Origin: an uncultured Alphaproteobacteria bacterium
GTDB lineage: Bacteria; Pseudomonadota; Alphaproteobacteria; RF32; CAG-239
Assembly: GCA_944391445.1 (NCBI GenBank)
Contig: CALXTL010000004.1
Location: 20,572 to 84,571, forward strand
DNA length: 64,000 bases
Reading direction: 5' to 3'
Shown here: in pieces, positions 59,790 through 64,000 of the stretch
Layout of the letters: the number at the start of each line of letters is the position of its first letter
Position numbering within the stretch: position 1 is the first letter of the stretch
The notes under the pieces: model-generated
Told to the model about the DNA's origin: nothing
Database searches by the model: none
The model's input: only the letters and a program-made list of their open reading frames with translations
Made by a program: the position numbers and the translations under genes

Positions 59790-62700
59790 TTAAACTTCTT
59801 CGTTCAACAACTCAACATTCAGACACAAAGACTTAATTTCTTTGGTCAAAACATTGAAGGATTCGGGAATTCCGGCTTCAAAGCTGTCTTCGCCGCGAAC
59901 GATTGCCTCATAAACCTTGGTACGACCGTTGACGTCGTCGGACTTAACGGTGAGCATTTCCTGCAGCGTATAGGCTGCGCCGTATGCCTGCAGAGCCCAA
60001 ACCTCCATCTCACCGAAACGCTGGCCGCCGAACTGAGCCTTACCACCCAGGGGCTGCTGAGTAACCAGACTGTACGGACCAACCGAACGGGCGTGCATCT
60101 TTTCATCGACAATATGGTGAAGTTTAATCATATAAATGATACCGACGGTCACCTTGCGATCAAACTTCTCGCCGGTACGTCCGTCATACAGATCAATCTG
60201 GCCGGAAGTCGGCAATCCGGCTTTGGTCAGCATATCATTGATATCGTCACCCGTAGCGCCGTCAAATACCGGCGTGGCCATCGGAATACCGTTTTTAAGA
60301 TTCGGAATCATCAAGTCAAGCTCTTCACGGGTCATCTTGGCGATTTCGCGGTCATATTGCTTCTCGCCATAGATATCCTTCAGCTTGTCGCGCAATTCTT
60401 TCTCTTTTTTCTCGCCGGATTTAACTTGCTCCCACAACTCGTTAACCTGCTTGCCAAGCTCTTTGGCAGCCCAGCCGAGGTGCGTTTCCAGAATTTGTCC
60501 GACATTCATACGAGAAGGAACGCCCAAAGGATTCAGCACGATATCAACCGGCGTACCGTCTTCCATATAAGGCATATCCTGCAGCGGCAAAACGCGTGAA
60601 ATTGTACCTTTGTTACCATGGCGGCCGGCAATCTTATCGCCGGATTGAATTTTACGCTTGGTCGCAATAAAGACCTTGACCATCTTCAAAACGCCGGGCA
60701 GCAAATCGTCGCCGCGCTGAACTTTTTCGACTTTGTCGTCAAAATGTTTCTGAACTTTTTTCTGACGAGCGTCAAAAGCAGCCAGCAGTTCTTCAATATT
60801 AGCCATGGTTGTTTCGTCTTTGACGACAATTTTGCGCCATTGCGAAGACGGAATACCAGCCAAAATTTCTTCTGTAATTTTGGTATTTTTAGCCACAAAC
60901 TCTTTCGGTGCGTCAACAACTATCTGTCCCAAAAGCATAGTCTTCAGTCTGGCTTCAACATTGCGGCGGATAATGGCAATTTCATCATCGCGATCTTTGG
61001 CCAATGCTGAAATTTCTTCCTGCTCAATGGACAAGGCACGTTCGTCTTTTTCAACGCCGCGGCGTGAAAAGACATGAACATCAACCACAATACCTTCAAT
61101 ACCCGGCTGGACACGCAACGAAGTATCGCGGACATCAGAAGCTTTTTCACCAAAAATGGCTCGCAACAGCTTTTCTTCCGGAGTCACCGGCGATTCGCCT
61201 TTCGGTGTCACCTTGCCGACCAGAATATCGCCGGCCTTAACCTCGGCGCCGATATACACAATGCCGGCTTCATCAAGATTGCGCAGCGCTTCTTCGCCGA
61301 CATTGGGAATATCACGGGTAATTTCTTCCTGCCCAAGCTTGGTGTCGCGGGCCATTACTTCAAATTCCTCAATATGCAGCGAGGTAAAGACATCATCGCG
61401 GGAGATTCTCTCCGAAAGTAAAATAGCGTCTTCGTAATTCAAACCATTCCAGGGCATAAAAGCCACCAAAACATTTTTACCCAGCGCCAGTTCGCCCATT
61501 TCGGTGCACTGTCCGTCAGCCATAACATCGCCGGCCTTAACTTCATCGCCGACTTTAACCAATGGCACCTGATTAATACAGGTATTCTGGTTGGAACGAC
61601 GGAATTTCTGCAGACGATAAATATCAACACCGGCATCGGCGGCATGCTCGTCTTTGGAGCGAACCACAATACGCGTTGCGTCAACCGCATCAACAATACC
61701 GTCAGCCCGGCAAACAACCGTTGCGCCGGAATCTTTAGCAACAACGCCTTCAACACCGGTACCGACCAGCGGCGCTTCCGAACGCAGCAACGGCACGCCT
61801 TGGCGCTGCATGTTTGCTCCCATCAAGGCACGGTTTGCGTCGTCATTTTCCAAGAACGGAATCAAAGCCGTCGCCACCGAAACAAGCTGCTTCGGAGAAA
61901 CATCGATAAAGTCGATTTCTTCCGGATGCGCAAACTCAAATTCACCGGCTTTGCGGCAGGCAATCAGTTCATTGACAAAATGACCGTCGTCTTTGACTTT
62001 GGCATTGGCTTCGGCAATTTTGAACTTGCCTTCCTCATTGGCGGACAGATAAACCACTTCATCTGTAACAACCCCGTTGACAACTTTGCGATACGGACAT
62101 TCGATAAAGCCGTATTTATTAATGCGGGCATAAGTTGCCAGCGAGTTGATCAGACCGATGTTCGGACCTTCCGGCGTCTCAATCGGGCAGATACGGCCGT
62201 AATGCGTCGGATGCACGTCGCGGACTTCAAAGCCGGCGCGATCACGAGACAAACCGCCGGGGCCCAAAGCCGACAAACGACGTTTGTGTGTAATTTCCGA
62301 CAACGGGTTGTTCTGATCCATAAACTGCGACAATTGTGAAGATCCGAAAAATTCGCGGATAACCGAAGCAATCGGCTTGGCATTAACCAGATCCTGCGGC
62401 TTAACGCTGTTCAGATTCTCAGAACTCATTCTCTCGCGAATGGCTCTTTCCATACGAAGGAGTCCCATACGATACTGATTCTCCATCAGTTCGCCGACCG
62501 AACGAACACGGCGGTTGCCCAAATGGTCAATATCATCAACTTCGCCTTTGCCGTCACGCAGTTCGCACAATCTTTTAACAATTCGCAAAATATCATCTTT
62601 ACGCAATGTCCCCAAGGTATCGGGAGCCTCCTCAAACGGGATGTCCAAAGCGGCATTAATCTTAACGCGGCCGACAGAAGACAAATCATAACGGTCTTTG

Positions 62701-63965
62701 TCAAAGAACAAACCGTGGAACAATGCATCGGCCGTCTCATAGGTCGGCGGATCACCCGGACGCATCACGCGGTAAATATCCAGCAAAGCTTCTTCACGGC
62801 AGGAATTTTTATCACTGGCCAGCGTATTGCGAATATACGGCCCGACATTAACACCGTCAATAAACAAGGTCTTAATTTCGCCAATTTTGGCCGCGGCAAA
62901 TTTATCCAGCATTTCTTCGTTAATTTCGTCACCGGCTTCAGCCAGAACTTCGCCGGTTTTGGCAATAACGACATTCCGAGCCAGGAATTTGCCTACCATC
63001 TGCTCGCGGGTAACCTTATAATACTCGAGCCCGTCGTCAGCCAGCTTCTTGGCAGAACGCGGCGACAACTTTTTGCCGGCTTCCAAAACCGTCTTGCCGG
63101 TTTTGGCGTCAACCAAATCAAAATCAAATTTTGTTCCTTTCATGCGCTCAGGAACAAATTTAACTTTCCAAACTTTTTTATCGGCAATATATGTATCGGT
63201 TTCATAGAAATAGTTAAGAATTTCTTCTTTGTCCATACCTTTGACTTCCGAAGGATCAATCATCTTTCCTTCTTTGGCCAGTTTGGCAATTTTCTCTTCT
63301 GTTTCTTTGGAATACAAAGAATAAAGCATTGACGTGACCGGCAATTTGCGGCGGCGGTCAATACGAGCATACACCAGATCTTTGGCGTCAAATTCAAAAT
63401 CCAGCCAGGAACCGCGGTACGGAATCACTCTGGCAGCAAACAAATATTTGCCGCTGGCCATGGTCTTGCCTTTGTCATGATCAAAAAAGACGCCGGGCGA
63501 GCGGTGCATTTGCGAAACGACAACGCGCTCGGTTCCGTTAAAAATAAACGTACCTTTATCCGTCATCAACGGAATATCGCCCATATAAACTTTCTGCTCT
63601 TTAATGTCATGAATCGACTTGGCACCTGTGGCCTCATCCGTATCCCAGACGACCAAACGCAATGTGGCATTAACCGAAGCGGCATACGTCATATCGCGTT
63701 TAATACACTCGTCAACATCATATTTGGGTTCTTCCAGTTCATAGCTGACAAATTCAAGCTCGCCGTTCTCAGAAAAATCTTTAATCGGAAAAATGGATTT
63801 GAAAACCTCTTCCAGCCCAAATTCACACTTTTCGGCGCCTTTAGCCTGGATAAAACTGTCATAAGACCCTTTTTGAACTTCGATCAAACTCGGCATATCG
63901 GCAACAGCGTCGATTCGGCCGAAGTTTCTTCTTACACGTCTTTTGCTCGTATAAGACTCCTGCAT
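59790..63965 (-). CDS. rpoB: DNA-directed RNA polymerase subunit beta
   Basis: 1391 aa. Contains [10 protein letters not shown], the rifampicin-cluster region [32 protein letters not shown], and GRHGNKG. There are 21 nt between rpoB and rpoC. Confidence 0.97.
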   Translation of the reverse strand: MQESYTSKRRVRRNFGRIDAVADMPSLIEVQKGSYDSFIQAKGAEKCEFGLEEVFKSIFPIKDFSENGELEFVSYELEEPKYDVDECIKRDMTYAASVNATLRLVVWDTDEATGAKSIHDIKEQKVYMGDIPLMTDKGTFIFNGTERVVVSQMHRSPGVFFDHDKGKTMASGKYLFAARVIPYRGSWLDFEFDAKDLVYARIDRRRKLPVTSMLYSLYSKETEEKIAKLAKEGKMIDPSEVKGMDKEEILNYFYETDTYIADKKVWKVKFVPERMKGTKFDFDLVDAKTGKTVLEAGKKLSPRSAKKLADDGLEYYKVTREQMVGKFLARNVVIAKTGEVLAEAGDEINEEMLDKFAAAKIGEIKTLFIDGVNVGPYIRNTLASDKNSCREEALLDIYRVMRPGDPPTYETADALFHGLFFDKDRYDLSSVGRVKINAALDIPFEEAPDTLGTLRKDDILRIVKRLCELRDGKGEVDDIDHLGNRRVRSVGELMENQYRMGLLRMERAIRERMSSENLNSVKPQDLVNAKPIASVIREFFGSSQLSQFMDQNNPLSEITHKRRLSALGPGGLSRDRAGFEVRDVHPTHYGRICPIETPEGPNIGLINSLATYARINKYGFIECPYRKVVNGVVTDEVVYLSANEEGKFKIAEANAKVKDDGHFVNELIACRKAGEFEFAHPEEIDFIDVSPKQLVSVATALIPFLENDDANRALMGANMQRQGVPLLRSEAPLVGTGVEGVVAKDSGATVVCRADGIVDAVDATRIVVRSKDEHAADAGVDIYRLQKFRRSNQNTCINQVPLVKVGDEVKAGDVMADGQCTEMGELALGKNVLVAFMPWNGLNYEDAILLSERISRDDVFTSLHIEEFEVMARDTKLGQEEITRDIPNVGEEALRNLDEAGIVYIGAEVKAGDILVGKVTPKGESPVTPEEKLLRAIFGEKASDVRDTSLRVQPGIEGIVVDVHVFSRRGVEKDERALSIEQEEISALAKDRDDEIAIIRRNVEARLKTMLLGQIVVDAPKEFVAKNTKITEEILAGIPSSQWRKIVVKDETTMANIEELLAAFDARQKKVQKHFDDKVEKVQRGDDLLPGVLKMVKVFIATKRKIQSGDKIAGRHGNKGTISRVLPLQDMPYMEDGTPVDIVLNPLGVPSRMNVGQILETHLGWAAKELGKQVNELWEQVKSGEKKEKELRDKLKDIYGEKQYDREIAKMTREELDLMIPNLKNGIPMATPVFDGATGDDINDMLTKAGLPTSGQIDLYDGRTGEKFDRKVTVGIIYMIKLHHIVDEKMHARSVGPYSLVTQQPLGGKAQFGGQRFGEMEVWALQAYGAAYTLQEMLTVKSDDVNGRTKVYEAIVRGEDSFEAGIPESFNVLTKEIKSLCLNVELLNEEV

Positions 63966-64000
63966 TTTGTTCTTATCCTTTTTATGGTTAGATTCTGCGA

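Noticed and set aside
60093-63332. Several 130-270-aa plus-strand ORFs opposite rpoB (60093..60599, 61644..62339, 62523..63332)
   Set aside because: For the same reason: they are antisense shadows with no recognisable domains.

Overview
This is a 64-kb chromosomal segment with no recognisable transposase, integrase, phage or CRISPR content. The RpoB and RpoC N-termini, the mreBCD-mrdA-rodA and rplU-rpmA-obg blocks and a DUF465 protein look alphaproteobacterial. That placement is inferred by eye, not searched. The presence of ldh, sdaA and two [FeFe]-hydrogenase-type genes suggests an anaerobic, fermentative lifestyle.

About 55 coding genes are supportable. Most are housekeeping:
- trpS, serS, ftsY, xseA, uppP, mutY, miaA, ddl and ftsH
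- a DUF47-PiT phosphate pair, rlmH, rsfS and obg
- an OmpR/EnvZ-type pair, pgsA, uvrC, rpoC and rpoB

One tRNA-Leu(CAG) is present. Several clean intrinsic terminators can be read directly.

The non-routine part is roughly 15.9-27.3 kb:
1. A structured 157-bp unit is repeated about 3.3 times in tandem, directly after the tRNA.
2. A five-gene minus-strand operon encodes two modules, each a small thioredoxin-like 2Fe-2S protein followed by an [FeFe]-hydrogenase-type protein. The upstream hydrogenase-type protein looks like a sensory HydS and the downstream one looks catalytic. A PP2C/SpoIIE phosphatase gene lies between the two modules.
3. Divergent from that operon is a tandem pair of paralogous proteins that read as degenerate GGDEF-like plus EAL-like signalling proteins.
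4. An orphan 288-aa gene follows.

Smaller oddities elsewhere:
- a membrane-anchored Memo-AMMECR1 fusion, coupled to a DPP-III-like peptidase
- a PgsA with an AT-hook-like basic tail
- an extremely acidic protein behind the two-component pair
- an MtaB-like enzyme without a TRAM domain

All functional calls come from motif recognition by eye. No database search was run.
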